Source: a virus
Length of the DNA stretch: 64,000 nt
Virus record (IMG/VR): IMGVR_UViG_3300024344_000002
Location: 9,325 to 73,324 of that record
Strand: one strand, 5' to 3'
How positions within the stretch are numbered: position 1 is the stretch's first letter; every line of letters begins with the position of its first letter. The notes beneath the pieces are model-generated. The model did no database searches. It saw only the letters and a program-made list of their open reading frames with translations, and was not told where the DNA came from. The position numbers and the translations under genes were made by a program. Below, in pieces: positions 63,999 to 64,000 of this stretch.

Positions 63999-64000
63999 TA

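Noticed and set aside
1-64000. Stop-codon reassignment or tRNA genes
   Set aside because: Genes up to 10 kb are intact in code 11, all three stops are used, and no cloverleaf was seen in the short intergenic gaps.

Overview
The window is part of a large, AT-rich tailed-phage (Caudoviricetes) genome using the standard genetic code. Bases 1-60049 are one + strand virion module: terminase large subunit (truncated), portal, prohead protease/scaffold, decoration protein, HK97-fold capsid, fibres, neck, tail tube, chaperones, a 2563-aa tape measure protein (TMP) and very large Cys-rich tail-tip proteins. No sheath gene was seen, so the phage is probably siphovirus-like. Glycan-modifying genes (sulfotransferase, two methyltransferases, GT34-like, WavE-like) sit among the fibre genes. 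A convergent - strand block (60106-64000) encodes a Zn-ribbon protein, a SAP/SSAP-like protein, a Vsr/DUF559-like endonuclease and nucleotide-sugar enzymes. Best leads: (1) the TMP carries a staphylococcal-nuclease-like domain bracketed by duplicated PGEFV modules and [FY]xxGG motifs, suggesting a cleavable cargo delivered with the DNA; (2) a possible system for sulfated/methylated virion glycosylation, with Ser-Gly-rich candidate acceptors; (3) about 18 kb of Cys-repeat tail-tip proteins; (4) apparent CCWGG avoidance; (5) a recurrent TGGTGTATAAT late-promoter motif and attenuator-like RNA structures. All calls come from reading motifs by eye; no searches were run.
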